64,000 bases of DNA, from contig JACMNQ010000075.1 in the NCBI GenBank assembly GCA_014378465.1, positions 64,352-128,351 of the forward strand. Direction: 5' to 3'. The notes beneath the pieces are model-generated. The model was not told where the DNA came from, did no database searches, and saw nothing but the letters and a program-made list of their open reading frames with translations. The position numbers and the translations under genes are program-made. Positions 51,779 to 61,059 of the stretch are shown in pieces. This stretch comes from Oligoflexia bacterium. GTDB lineage: Bacteria > Bdellovibrionota > UBA1018. Position 1 is the first letter of the stretch. Each line of letters starts with the position of its first letter.

Positions 51779-51923
51779 GTCCACGACCTCTTCCACCGCT
51801 TCGGGTGCGAAGCCCGGCTCGAAGCCGGGTTCCAAACCTCCAAGTCGGCTGACCTCAGGTGAAGAGCTGGGCTCGAGTTGTCCGTGGCCACTTCCTGCCG
51901 AAGGCATCGATGTCATCCTGCTG

Positions 51924-53027
51924 GTGACCGTCGCGGCGATGGTCATTTTTGGACTCCTCATGGTTTACAGCGCGTCCTTCATCTACGCACAGGAGCGGAC
52001 TGGAGATGGTTTCGCTTTCATCAAGAAACAGATCATCTTCGCGATCCTGGGTTTTGGCGCTCTTCTCATTTCCTGTCGCATCAACTACCGCAAGTGGGAG
52101 CATTGGGCGTACAAGTTCGCTCTCATCGCTACAGGACTCCTCGCACTCGTTTTGATTCCCGGAGTCGGCACGCGAACCCTTGGAGCCCAGCGCTGGCTTC
52201 GTCTGGGCTTTCTCACTTTCCAGCCGGGGGAACTCGCGAAGTTCGCGCTCATCTTTTTCGTTTCAAGGCAGCTTGATCGCAAGCAGGAATTGCTCCAGAA
52301 GTTCGTTCCAGGAGTGCTTGCCACTTTCCTGGTGCCTTTTCCAGCGCTTCTTCTGCTTCTCCTTCAGCCCGACTTTGGAACCACCGTGATGATCACGGTC
52401 GTGATATTTTCCCTGATGTTTCTCGCGGGCATGCCCAAGCGCTTTCTCGCATTGATTTTTGGAGTGGGCGGGGGAGCAGCCGCACTGCTGGTTTTGGGCA
52501 GCGCCTACCGTCGCGCACGCCTCATGACCTTCTTTGATCCCTGGCGCGATCCGACCGGAAAAGGGTTTCAGATCATTCAATCGCTTCTGGGACTCCATCA
52601 CGGAAGTTTCTGGGGTGTGGGGCTTGGAAATGGCAAAGAGAAACTCTTTTACCTTCCTGAAGCACACAACGATTTCATTTTCGCGGTCATTGGTGAGGAG
52701 CTGGGTTTCATTGGACTCTCCGCCGTCGCGCTCGCCTTCTGTTACTTCATCTACCGTGGGCTCAAGATCGCCTACCAGAGCTACGAAAAGTACAACGACA
52801 AGTTTGGAATGTTCCTTGCGACTGGCATCACTCTCGCACTGGGACTTCAGGGATTCGTCAATATGGCAGTCGTGCTCGGACTGGTTCCCACGAAGGGACT
52901 GACTCTGCCTTTCATCAGCTATGGAGGGTCGGCCCTGCTGGTGGATCTCTTCGCAGTCGGTGTCCTGCTGAGCGTGGCACGGGGACCTCAGGCCAAAGGC
53001 CTCTTCAGTGGGGTGAAAAGTAAATGA
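51924..53027 (+). CDS. ftsW: SEDS peptidoglycan polymerase FtsW; true start lies upstream of 51924 (see findings)
   Basis: Motifs GLLMVYSAS, GA.RW, FQPGE.AK, QPDFGT, LPEAHNDFIF..IGEE.G, P.KGLTLPFISYGGS. Confidence 0.93.
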   Translation: MTVAAMVIFGLLMVYSASFIYAQERTGDGFAFIKKQIIFAILGFGALLISCRINYRKWEHWAYKFALIATGLLALVLIPGVGTRTLGAQRWLRLGFLTFQPGELAKFALIFFVSRQLDRKQELLQKFVPGVLATFLVPFPALLLLLLQPDFGTTVMITVVIFSLMFLAGMPKRFLALIFGVGGGAAALLVLGSAYRRARLMTFFDPWRDPTGKGFQIIQSLLGLHHGSFWGVGLGNGKEKLFYLPEAHNDFIFAVIGEELGFIGLSAVALAFCYFIYRGLKIAYQSYEKYNDKFGMFLATGITLALGLQGFVNMAVVLGLVPTKGLTLPFISYGGSALLVDLFAVGVLLSVARGPQAKGLFSGVKSK

Positions 53028-54112
53028 GTGAAAAGAATCCGACTCTGATCGTCGCTGGTGGCGGCACGGGTGGCCACGTCCTGGCCGGTATCGCGATTGC
53101 GGACGCCTGGAAAATCACTTATCCCCAGTCGAAAATCATTTTTGTGGGAGCCCATGGCGGCATCGAAGAGAAGCTCGTGCCTCGCGCAGGTTATCCGCTC
53201 GAACTTCTCAGTCTCGGTTCCCTCAAGCGCGTGAGCCTGGCGCGCAAGCTCAGGACCGCCGTGCAATTGCCTCTTTCTCTGCTCAAGTCCGCAGTCATCC
53301 TGCTGCGCGATCGTCCTGCCGGAGTGATCGGTGTCGGCGGATATGCTTCCGGTCCACTGGTCCTCATGGGAAGACTGATGGGTTGGATGTGGGGAGTGCG
53401 AGTCGCGATCCTGGAACAGAACGCGGTGCCCGGCATGACCAATCGAATTCTGAGTCGAATCGCTCATCAGGTGTTGATCGCTTTTCCGGGAATCGAAAGC
53501 CAATTCAAAGGACGTAAAGTCAACGTTACCGGAAATCCCGTTCGCAATGTGATGAAGCCGATGCCTCCCGCTTCACGCGATCCCTTCACGATCTTCATTT
53601 TCGGCGGCAGCCAGGGAGCCATGGGAATCAACACTCTGATTCTTGATGCGCTTCCTTTTCTGGAAGATCTGAAGCCGCGTCTTCGTTTCATTCATCAGAC
53701 GGGTGAGAGTGACCACGCCCGCACCCTCGAAGGTCATCGACTCGCGGGAACTCAGGCACGGGTCGAAAAATTCATTTACGAGATGCCTGAAGCCTATCAG
53801 GCCGCATCGCTGCTCGTTTGTCGTGCAGGGTCATCCACTCTGGCCGAAATCGCGGCGGTTCACCGCGCATCCGTGCTCATTCCATTTCCTTATGCGTCAG
53901 ACAATCATCAGGAGAAGAATGCACAGCTTTTCGTGGATTCAGGTGCGGCGAAGCTGCTGGTCCAGTTCAAATCCAAAGGCGAAGACCTGGCGAAAATCAT
54001 CCGTGACTGTGTAGAAAATCCAGGCACGCTCGATACGATGGAAGAAGCCGTCTCCAAATTTTATCGCCCAAAGTCCGCCTTCGACGTCGTTCAGATTCTT
54101 TCTGGCCCTTAA
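53024..54112 (+). CDS. murG: Lipid II GlcNAc transferase
   Basis: Motifs GGGTGGH, GGYAS, EQN..PG.TNR, GNPVR, GGSQGA, CRAGSST..E, HQ..NA. Confidence 0.97.
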   Translation: MSEKNPTLIVAGGGTGGHVLAGIAIADAWKITYPQSKIIFVGAHGGIEEKLVPRAGYPLELLSLGSLKRVSLARKLRTAVQLPLSLLKSAVILLRDRPAGVIGVGGYASGPLVLMGRLMGWMWGVRVAILEQNAVPGMTNRILSRIAHQVLIAFPGIESQFKGRKVNVTGNPVRNVMKPMPPASRDPFTIFIFGGSQGAMGINTLILDALPFLEDLKPRLRFIHQTGESDHARTLEGHRLAGTQARVEKFIYEMPEAYQAASLLVCRAGSSTLAEIAAVHRASVLIPFPYASDNHQEKNAQLFVDSGAAKLLVQFKSKGEDLAKIIRDCVENPGTLDTMEEAVSKFYRPKSAFDVVQILSGP

Positions 54113-54130
54113 TTTGCTCCTTTGGAACAC

Positions 54131-54667
54131 ATGAGTCCAGCAAACAGAACGAAATCCGAACCCAATTCAAAAACCCTGTGGATCGCCATGTGCCTGGCGA
54201 CCAGCTTTGTGGCGATTGACTCGAGTCATCGTGCAGGGGCGGAGTCTGGGCGGGCCGTCACCGCTGACTCTCCCAAAAAGGTTTGCAATGCCATGATCGA
54301 AGCGGCAAAAAAAGAGGACTTCAAGTCCATCCAGCTCTGGACTCTGCGTCCCAACCTGCTGAGTTCGCACCTTCATCAGATGGCAGGCACTGCGGCCCAA
54401 GGGCCTGCTTCAGCAGCCAAGCCCAGTGGCAGCCCTCAGGCCGCCGACCGTGGTCATGTCCTGTCAAAAGCGGCTTACGACCTGATCAAGGAATTGTCCT
54501 GCGGTTCGGAGCACATCGCGGGCAACCGTGCGGTGGTCGAAGCCGAAGCCAAAGGTCAGAAGCGATTGATTCCTTTCGCTCAAAAGGACGGAAAATGGCT
54601 CTTTGATGTGCGCACGTACCAGAGCTTCTACCGAGACGAAATGAGGCAGTTGAAATCCAGCGGCTGA
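54131..54667 (+). CDS. Hypothetical exported protein inserted between murG and murC
   Basis: Intact ORF filling the gap; signal-like N-terminus; DGKWLFD strand typical of NTF2-like DUFs. Confidence 0.55.
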   Translation: MSPANRTKSEPNSKTLWIAMCLATSFVAIDSSHRAGAESGRAVTADSPKKVCNAMIEAAKKEDFKSIQLWTLRPNLLSSHLHQMAGTAAQGPASAAKPSGSPQAADRGHVLSKAAYDLIKELSCGSEHIAGNRAVVEAEAKGQKRLIPFAQKDGKWLFDVRTYQSFYRDEMRQLKSSG

Positions 54668-54678
54668 GAAGCTAGAAT
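54650..54678 (+). promoter_or_regulatory. Internal sigma-70 promoter for murC
   Basis: TTGAAA-N17-TAGAAT with ATG 9 nt downstream. Confidence 0.55.
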
Positions 54679-54687
54679 TCGGGTCTC

Positions 54688-56109
54688 ATGCATAACAAAC
54701 AGCAGACTCAGCTTCACTTCGTGGGAATTGGTGGCATCGGGATGAGCGGGATCGCTGAAGTGCTCCTGAACCAGGGGTACCAGATCAGTGGGTCTGACCT
54801 TGCCGAATCTGAAGCCACCCGTCGCCTGAAATCCCTGGGAGCGCGCATTCACCTCGGGCACACGGCCGAAAATATCATGGGTGCCCACGTTGTCGTGATT
54901 TCTTCCGCTGTCAAGGCGACGAATCCCGAAGTGATGAAAGCTCGTGAAAGCCGAATCCCAGTCATTCCTCGTGCCGAAATGCTGGGCGAGCTCATGCGTG
55001 GAAAAGTCGGCATCGCTGTTGCCGGAACTCACGGAAAGACCACGACCACCTCCCTGCTGGCCTCCGTATTGATGGCAGCGGGCCTTGACCCCACGATCGT
55101 CATCGGAGGCAAAGTCGGAGCCTTGGGCAGCAACGCCAAATTGGGGCAGGGACAACTTGTTGTGGCTGAAGCAGATGAAAGTGATGGCTCCTTTCTGCAT
55201 TTGCCAGCCACTTTTGGTATCGTGACCAATATTGACAGTGATCACCTGGATCATTTTGGAACGCTGGAAGCGATCGAAGAGACCTTTTCCGAATTCATCG
55301 GTCAGCTTCCGTTCTATGGTCTGGCTGCAGTCTGCGGGGACGACGAAGGAGTCAGGCGTTGTCTTTCGCGCTTCCACAAACCCTTTCTGACTTATGGTTT
55401 TTCCGATTATAACGACTACTTCGCAAAAGCGGTCACTTCAGTCCCCGGAAACGAGATGCATTCACGCTTTGAAGTGCATTCGCGCAACGAAGGGCTACTG
55501 GGCTCAATTGAAATTCAGGTCCCGGGACGGCACAATATTCTCAACGCGCTGGCGGCCATCGTGATCGCCCGTCGTCTGGAAATTCCATTTTCAAAAATTG
55601 CGCAGGGTCTGCGGGATTTTTCGGGCGTGAAGCGTCGCTTTGACATTCGCTGGAAAAATGAATCTCTCCAACAGATCATCGTCGATGATTATGGTCATCA
55701 CCCGACTGAAGTCCTGGCAACGTTGGCCGCCGCACGTTCCTTCTGGAAGGGGAGAATCATCACGATTTTTCAGCCGCATCGCTATTCCAGAACTCAAAAT
55801 TCGTACGCCGAATTTTTGAAATGCTTCAAGGACACTGATCTGCTTTATCTCGCGGACATCTATGCCGCGGGAGAAGAACCCATTGCAGGAGTATCCTCCG
55901 AAATTCTGGCTCGTGACATCATGATATCCGCCGGAAAATCCGTTCTCTATGTCGGGCCTCTGCAGGGTGCCCGAGATGCCGTGGTGAAGGACTTCAGAAA
56001 AGGCGACCTTGTGCTCTGTCTGGGCGCAGGGACCATCACCAAGCTTCCGGATCTGCTGGTCGAAGCGATCGAAGTCGCAGCAGCTGTCGCTGCTTCCCAT
56101 GTCAGTTGA
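54688..56109 (+). CDS. murC: UDP-MurNAc:L-Ala ligase
   Basis: Motifs HFVGIGGIGMSG, AGTHGKTTT, EADESDGSFL, DDYGHHPTE, FQPHRYSRT. Confidence 0.97.
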   Translation: MHNKQQTQLHFVGIGGIGMSGIAEVLLNQGYQISGSDLAESEATRRLKSLGARIHLGHTAENIMGAHVVVISSAVKATNPEVMKARESRIPVIPRAEMLGELMRGKVGIAVAGTHGKTTTTSLLASVLMAAGLDPTIVIGGKVGALGSNAKLGQGQLVVAEADESDGSFLHLPATFGIVTNIDSDHLDHFGTLEAIEETFSEFIGQLPFYGLAAVCGDDEGVRRCLSRFHKPFLTYGFSDYNDYFAKAVTSVPGNEMHSRFEVHSRNEGLLGSIEIQVPGRHNILNALAAIVIARRLEIPFSKIAQGLRDFSGVKRRFDIRWKNESLQQIIVDDYGHHPTEVLATLAAARSFWKGRIITIFQPHRYSRTQNSYAEFLKCFKDTDLLYLADIYAAGEEPIAGVSSEILARDIMISAGKSVLYVGPLQGARDAVVKDFRKGDLVLCLGAGTITKLPDLLVEAIEVAAAVAASHVS

Positions 56110-57061
56110 AATGACGAATCCTCAGAATCCCCCCAGCCCTGAAACTGTAGCCGCACGGAAGTGGTGCGAAGAAAATGGCTCGCGCTTCGAAGGACAGCTC
56201 ACCTTCGGTGAAAACCTGGCCAAGCACACGTATTACCGCATTGGCGGACCTGCTCGCATCTTTTGCATTCCAAAGAGCGTCGCAGACCTGGATTGGATCA
56301 GGGAGTGCGTCTCTCACTCGAAGGTTGATGCTTTCATCCTGGGTCTGGGTTCAAATATTCTGGTCGCTGATGGCGGTTATGATGGCCTTGTGATCAAGAC
56401 GAGTCGAATCGACATCAGTATCACGCTCCAGGGCGATCGTTTGAGAGTCGGTTCAGGTGTTGCGGTCTCGTCATTGCTTCGAAGGGCCGCGCAAGAAGGG
56501 TGGTCAGGTTTTGAAATGCTGACGGGAGTGCCGGGCTCCATCGGAGGCGTCATCACGATGAATGCAGGCACGCATCTCGGTGAAGCCAGGGACCGGATCC
56601 GCAAAGTCGAAACTTTCAATCTTTCAACGGGAGTCCTGAGAGTGATCGAGGGCGCCGACCTCCAATTCGAGTATCGCAAGAATCACTTTCTCACTCGTGA
56701 TGAAGTCATCACCCATACGGAATGGGAAGTCACTCTTTCAGAACCCGCCCAGGTCAAAGCTGTCATCGATGAGACCCTTGCACGCCGCAAGGCCAGTCAA
56801 CCGACTGAATATCCATCGTGTGGGAGCGTCTTCAAGAATCCTCGCGATCACGGCATCCATGCCTGGCAAGTGATCGAGAAATTGCAGCTTCGCGGCCACA
56901 GGATCGGGAATGCCCAGATTTCCGAGAAACACCCGAACTTCATCGTGAATCTCGGCGGCGCGCTTGCGAGCGATGTCAGAGCTCTGATTGACCTCGTCAA
57001 GTCGCGTGCGAAAGCGGAGCTTGGGATTGAGATGCACGAAGAAGTGAAGTTTCTGGGCTGA
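56099..57061 (+). CDS. murB: UDP-GlcNAc-enolpyruvate reductase
   Basis: Motifs RIGGPA, G.GSN.L..D.G, G.PGS.GG...MNAG, YR, PSCGSVFKNP, S.KH.NF.VN.G, EV. Confidence 0.95.
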   Translation: MSVEMTNPQNPPSPETVAARKWCEENGSRFEGQLTFGENLAKHTYYRIGGPARIFCIPKSVADLDWIRECVSHSKVDAFILGLGSNILVADGGYDGLVIKTSRIDISITLQGDRLRVGSGVAVSSLLRRAAQEGWSGFEMLTGVPGSIGGVITMNAGTHLGEARDRIRKVETFNLSTGVLRVIEGADLQFEYRKNHFLTRDEVITHTEWEVTLSEPAQVKAVIDETLARRKASQPTEYPSCGSVFKNPRDHGIHAWQVIEKLQLRGHRIGNAQISEKHPNFIVNLGGALASDVRALIDLVKSRAKAELGIEMHEEVKFLG

Positions 57062-57252
57062 TTATACCGTGCCATTTTACGTCATCCATTGTCGATAATG
57101 GATAGGTTATAATTTGGCATGACTCATGAACCAAAGCGACAGATACTGCCGTTGCTCCTTGAGAACTGACTTTCGATTCAGTGCTCACGATACAGGGCGC
57201 CTCAAGGAGCCCGCTTCATGACTTGAGCGAAAGTGCGTGTGATTCTCAATCC

Positions 57253-57289
57253 AAACGAAAATGCCCCCGAGCAGTTTCTGCTCGAGGGC
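57253..57289 (-). terminator. Probable terminator of the M16 peptidase pair
   Basis: Stem GCCCCCGAGCAG-ttt-CTGCTCGAGGGC, followed on the minus strand by ATTTTCGTTT. Confidence 0.6.
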
Positions 57290-57315
57290 TCCACAGGATC
57301 AATTGATTTGAGAGA

Positions 57316-58704
57316 TCAAAACTTCTCTTCGGTATAGGGCTGGACGACAACCTGATCGAGCGGAACTCCCGCCGCTTTTGCCAGAGGCTCTTTCATGTCC
57401 GCTGCCGTCGCAAGAACGGCAATCGAAAGCTTCTCAGGCTTCAGGTAAGTCGAGAGCGCTTGATTGACCTGAGGGAGAGTGACTTTCGCCAGCTCAGGAC
57501 CATAAGTCTTCATGAAGCCATCGGGCAGATTCAGGGTGCGCTCGAGCAATTTGTTCTCCACGCGCTTCTTGGGCGTGTTGTACATGAAGCCCGCGCTGTT
57601 CACGAGGGAACGCTTGGAAAACTCAAACTCTTCCTTCGTGATGCCGTTCTTCTGGAGATCCTCGATCATCTTCAGGGACAAGGCCAGTGCCTGCGCGGTG
57701 TCTTTGGACGCCGGAAACAGGTGAACCTGCCAGGAGCGTGGCTTCAAGCCGTGTTTGAAGTAGCTGTTGGCTCCGTAGCTCCAGCCGCGCTTCACGCGAA
57801 TTTCGACCATCAGTCGAGCCGAGAAGGAGCCGCCGCCGAAAGCGTGATTTCCGAGGAAAACGGGAAAGAAATCCGCATCCGTCATGCGCATGCCAATCTG
57901 GCCCGCTGAGATCTGGGTCTGGGTGCGGTCAGCCTTGTCGACGATGAGAAGGCGACGATGTTCCGGGTTTTGTGGCTGCGGGACTTCGACGAAGTCCCTG
58001 TCTCCTGGTGCCGAAGGACGAACGTTCGCCAACTGATCAGCCCAACTCCTGATCTGCCCTTCATTCGCGTCACCATTGCCGACAACCAGCAGGAGCTTGT
58101 CCTTGATCAGGGCATCATAGTGTTTGCGAATCTGATCTCCCGTGAGCTTCTCCACATCCCTGATGTTGCCCATGACAGGCTTGCCATAAGGGTGACCATT
58201 GAAGAGAAATTGCGTGAAGCGCTTGCCACCCAAAGCCTGGTCACTGCCGAGTTCTTCGAGCAGGTTGGAGACGATCTGGGATTTCAGCTTCTTGACTTCG
58301 GATTCAGGAAACCTGGGTTGAGTGATGATCTCATTGACGATGTCGAGAAATGGTCCGACCTGGGATGCCAGCACGGCACCGCGAAGAATCAGAGCTTCAG
58401 CGCGAGTTTCAACTTCGAGAGTCGCGCCCATCTGGTCCAGCGCGAGGTCAAGCTGTTCCTTGGTGTGTTTTTTTGTTCCACGGAGGAGCATCTCGCCCAT
58501 GAAATTCGTGATCCCGGATTGCCCCTGAGGATCAGTCACCGCGCCGGCCTTGACTGCGATGTTCAGATTGACCACCGGGAGGTTCGTGTCTCTTTCAAAG
58601 GCAACTTCAACGGCTTGGGCTGAATTGGCTGAAGCGACGATGGCGAGCGTGGCCAAAGTCGAGAGAAGTCCTGCGAACACTGGTTTCAGATTTTGAGTTC
58701 TCAT
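57316..58704 (-). CDS. M16B peptidase, non-catalytic subunit
   Basis: M16 fold without HXXEH; LGGGSFSARL..E.R.KRG.SYG (R/Y pair); signal peptide. Confidence 0.85.
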   Translation of the reverse strand: MRTQNLKPVFAGLLSTLATLAIVASANSAQAVEVAFERDTNLPVVNLNIAVKAGAVTDPQGQSGITNFMGEMLLRGTKKHTKEQLDLALDQMGATLEVETRAEALILRGAVLASQVGPFLDIVNEIITQPRFPESEVKKLKSQIVSNLLEELGSDQALGGKRFTQFLFNGHPYGKPVMGNIRDVEKLTGDQIRKHYDALIKDKLLLVVGNGDANEGQIRSWADQLANVRPSAPGDRDFVEVPQPQNPEHRRLLIVDKADRTQTQISAGQIGMRMTDADFFPVFLGNHAFGGGSFSARLMVEIRVKRGWSYGANSYFKHGLKPRSWQVHLFPASKDTAQALALSLKMIEDLQKNGITKEEFEFSKRSLVNSAGFMYNTPKKRVENKLLERTLNLPDGFMKTYGPELAKVTLPQVNQALSTYLKPEKLSIAVLATAADMKEPLAKAAGVPLDQVVVQPYTEEKF

Positions 58705-60095
58705 TTTTTCACCCCTACGATGACGGAACGATTTCTGGGTTCAAAGTACTTGCGAGTGACGCGCTGGATTTCTTCAGGGGTCACGATCTGCACGGACTTC
58801 ATTTTCTGCACGCCATCTTCGAAGCTGTTGGCGATCGTTTCAAAACGGCCGAGGAAGCCGGCCTTTTCATGATTGTTGTCGAGTCCCTGGTAGAACTGAA
58901 AGGACAGACCATTCTTGGCGCGGTCGAGTTCACCCTTGGAGACGAGCTCCTTGCTCAGGCGGGCGATTTCGCGAAGGATGATCGTTTCAGCCTGAGTGGC
59001 GGTCTTGCCCTTCTGAAGATTGGCGCCGATGAGCATCAGGGAAGGATCCTTGTCATCAATGTCGTAGGCGTCGACTGAGCTGACGATGCCGGTTTCGACG
59101 AGGGCTCTCTGAAGGCGACTGCTCTTGCCGGTGGCGAGAACTCCGCGCAAGGCCATGATCGCCGGGATGTCGGCGTTCGTGATGGCGGGGGTGTGGTAGC
59201 CCACCATGAGTTTCTCGACCTGGATATTGAGCTTGAGCACTTTGCGGCGAGCGGACTTCTGTTCAGGTTCGTCCGCAATGGAGGGAGCCGGTGGTTGCTG
59301 GGGGCTGAAAGCACCATAATACTTCTTCACCATTTCATGAACGGCATCGGCCTTGACGTCCCCGACGACGATGATCGTTGCATGGTTCGGGCTATAGTAG
59401 CCTTTGTAGAAGTCGACTGCGTTCGCTGCCGACATGCGATTGAGATCTTCCTGATACCCGATGACGGGCCAGTGGTAGGAATGCTTGGTGAACGCAAGCC
59501 CGAAGATTTCCTGGTACATCAGGCCGTCCGGGCTGTTTTCAGTTCTGAAACGTCTTTCGTTCTGAACCACTTCACGCTCGGTTTTGAAAGAGTCATCATT
59601 GACGACGAGGTTGAGCATGCGGTCGGATTCAAGCTTTGCGATCATGTCGAGCTTGTCAGCCGGCATTTCCTGCACGTAAGCGGTGTAGTCACGCGAAGTG
59701 AAAGCGTTCTCGCCTTCGGCGCCGGCGCCTTCAAGGATTCGGTCAAATTCGCCTTCTTTCAGGGACTTCGTACCTTTGAACATCATATGTTCAAAGAGAT
59801 GCGCGAGGCCGGTGTAACCCACGTTCTCATCGCGGGAACCGACACGAAACCAGGTCTGGTAGGCAAAAGTCGGGGACGAATGATCTTCGACCACCAGAAC
59901 TTTCAGTCCGTTGTCCAGCTTGTAGCGGTGGACTTGAATGGTGCCGACGAGGGGAAGCACTTCAGCTTTTGAAGCGTCGTGACCGGTTTTCAGATTTTTG
60001 GTGGCACACCCGGATCCAGCCATTGCAGTGATGACTGCAAGCAGGGGCACGAGTACGCAAACTTTGGAAATTTGAGAAATGGGTGATGGTTTCAT
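58701..60095 (-). CDS. M16B zinc peptidase, catalytic subunit (lipoprotein)
   Basis: Motifs GLAHLFEHMMFKGT (HXXEH), NAFTS.D.T.Y, ER.VV..ERR; lipobox GSGC. Confidence 0.92.
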   Translation of the reverse strand: MKPSPISQISKVCVLVPLLAVITAMAGSGCATKNLKTGHDASKAEVLPLVGTIQVHRYKLDNGLKVLVVEDHSSPTFAYQTWFRVGSRDENVGYTGLAHLFEHMMFKGTKSLKEGEFDRILEGAGAEGENAFTSRDYTAYVQEMPADKLDMIAKLESDRMLNLVVNDDSFKTEREVVQNERRFRTENSPDGLMYQEIFGLAFTKHSYHWPVIGYQEDLNRMSAANAVDFYKGYYSPNHATIIVVGDVKADAVHEMVKKYYGAFSPQQPPAPSIADEPEQKSARRKVLKLNIQVEKLMVGYHTPAITNADIPAIMALRGVLATGKSSRLQRALVETGIVSSVDAYDIDDKDPSLMLIGANLQKGKTATQAETIILREIARLSKELVSKGELDRAKNGLSFQFYQGLDNNHEKAGFLGRFETIANSFEDGVQKMKSVQIVTPEEIQRVTRKYFEPRNRSVIVGVKK

Positions 60096-60176
60096 AAGAT
60101 GAAAAAATTATCACGCGCCACCAAAATTTGGCAGCTTCAAATTGGAATAATGTTACGCTTGCATTGAGGCATCAAG

Positions 60177-60977
60177 ATGAAGGCTTTTCTGCAATCTCCG
60201 GGTTTCGACTCATTCAAGAGAATCTCAGTCATCTGCTTGACGATCGTTGCGTTAATGACGGTCGGTATCGGTTTTTATAACGTCCTGCATTCACCGCTCT
60301 TCACGGTTCGAGTGGTGGAGGTTTCTGACCTCCCCGAAAATTCGCCTGTCGACGCTCAGGCCATCACGGATCTTGCGGCAGTGCCGGTCGATGTCACCAA
60401 TCTTTTTGATCTCGATCTGCACCGGATTGAAACGCGCATGCTCACGCATCCCTGGGTTCGTGAGGTGCTCATCTCCAAGCGCTTCCCGCAGACCGTATCC
60501 ATCACCGTGGTTTTCCGAGATCCCAAGGCTCTCATTCAGAAACCGAATGGGGACCTGTCCTATGTGGATTCGAACGGGATGATTTTCAGCAAGGTTAACT
60601 TGATGAGTCAGCCGGATCTGCCGGTCCTGACCGGCATTTCAAAGAATCATGAAGTTGCGAAGACCCAGGTTCTGAAAGCACTCCAGTTCCTGGCCGCATG
60701 GGATAAATCCAAGCTTGAACGAGTCTCTCAGATCTCCTCATTATCTTACGATACTGAACGCGGATTTCGGGCATTGGTGACTTATCCACTCGGAAGAGGG
60801 CGTGGACAGGGTCGTACGATGGTCCATTTGGGGCAAGAAATTGACGCTGACTTCGAAAATATGGCGGACAGACTTCGCCATGTATTCGCGTACTTAATCG
60901 ACAACGGGATCTCCGCCAAGCAGGTTTGGGCAGATTTAGGAAAAAAAGTTGTTGTCAAGATCGCCCGTAGTTCTTAG
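60177..60977 (+). CDS. ftsQ: Cell division protein FtsQ/DivIB
   Basis: TM helix plus POTRA domain (PWV..V.I.K.FP..V.I.V); VD..G; LP.L.G; upstream of ftsA. Confidence 0.85.
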   Translation: MKAFLQSPGFDSFKRISVICLTIVALMTVGIGFYNVLHSPLFTVRVVEVSDLPENSPVDAQAITDLAAVPVDVTNLFDLDLHRIETRMLTHPWVREVLISKRFPQTVSITVVFRDPKALIQKPNGDLSYVDSNGMIFSKVNLMSQPDLPVLTGISKNHEVAKTQVLKALQFLAAWDKSKLERVSQISSLSYDTERGFRALVTYPLGRGRGQGRTMVHLGQEIDADFENMADRLRHVFAYLIDNGISAKQVWADLGKKVVVKIARSS

Positions 60978-61059
60978 AATTTCTTAGACGGCAAAAAATG
61001 CCTGCTAATTTCGGTGAGCCTACCGTGCTCCCCGGAGTCCCATGGGAGGGATTCTCTGT

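Noticed and set aside
57120-57290. Assignment as 6S, SRP RNA, hammerhead ribozyme or c-di-GMP riboswitch
   Set aside because: Signature sequences were not found by eye; kept only as an unassigned candidate.
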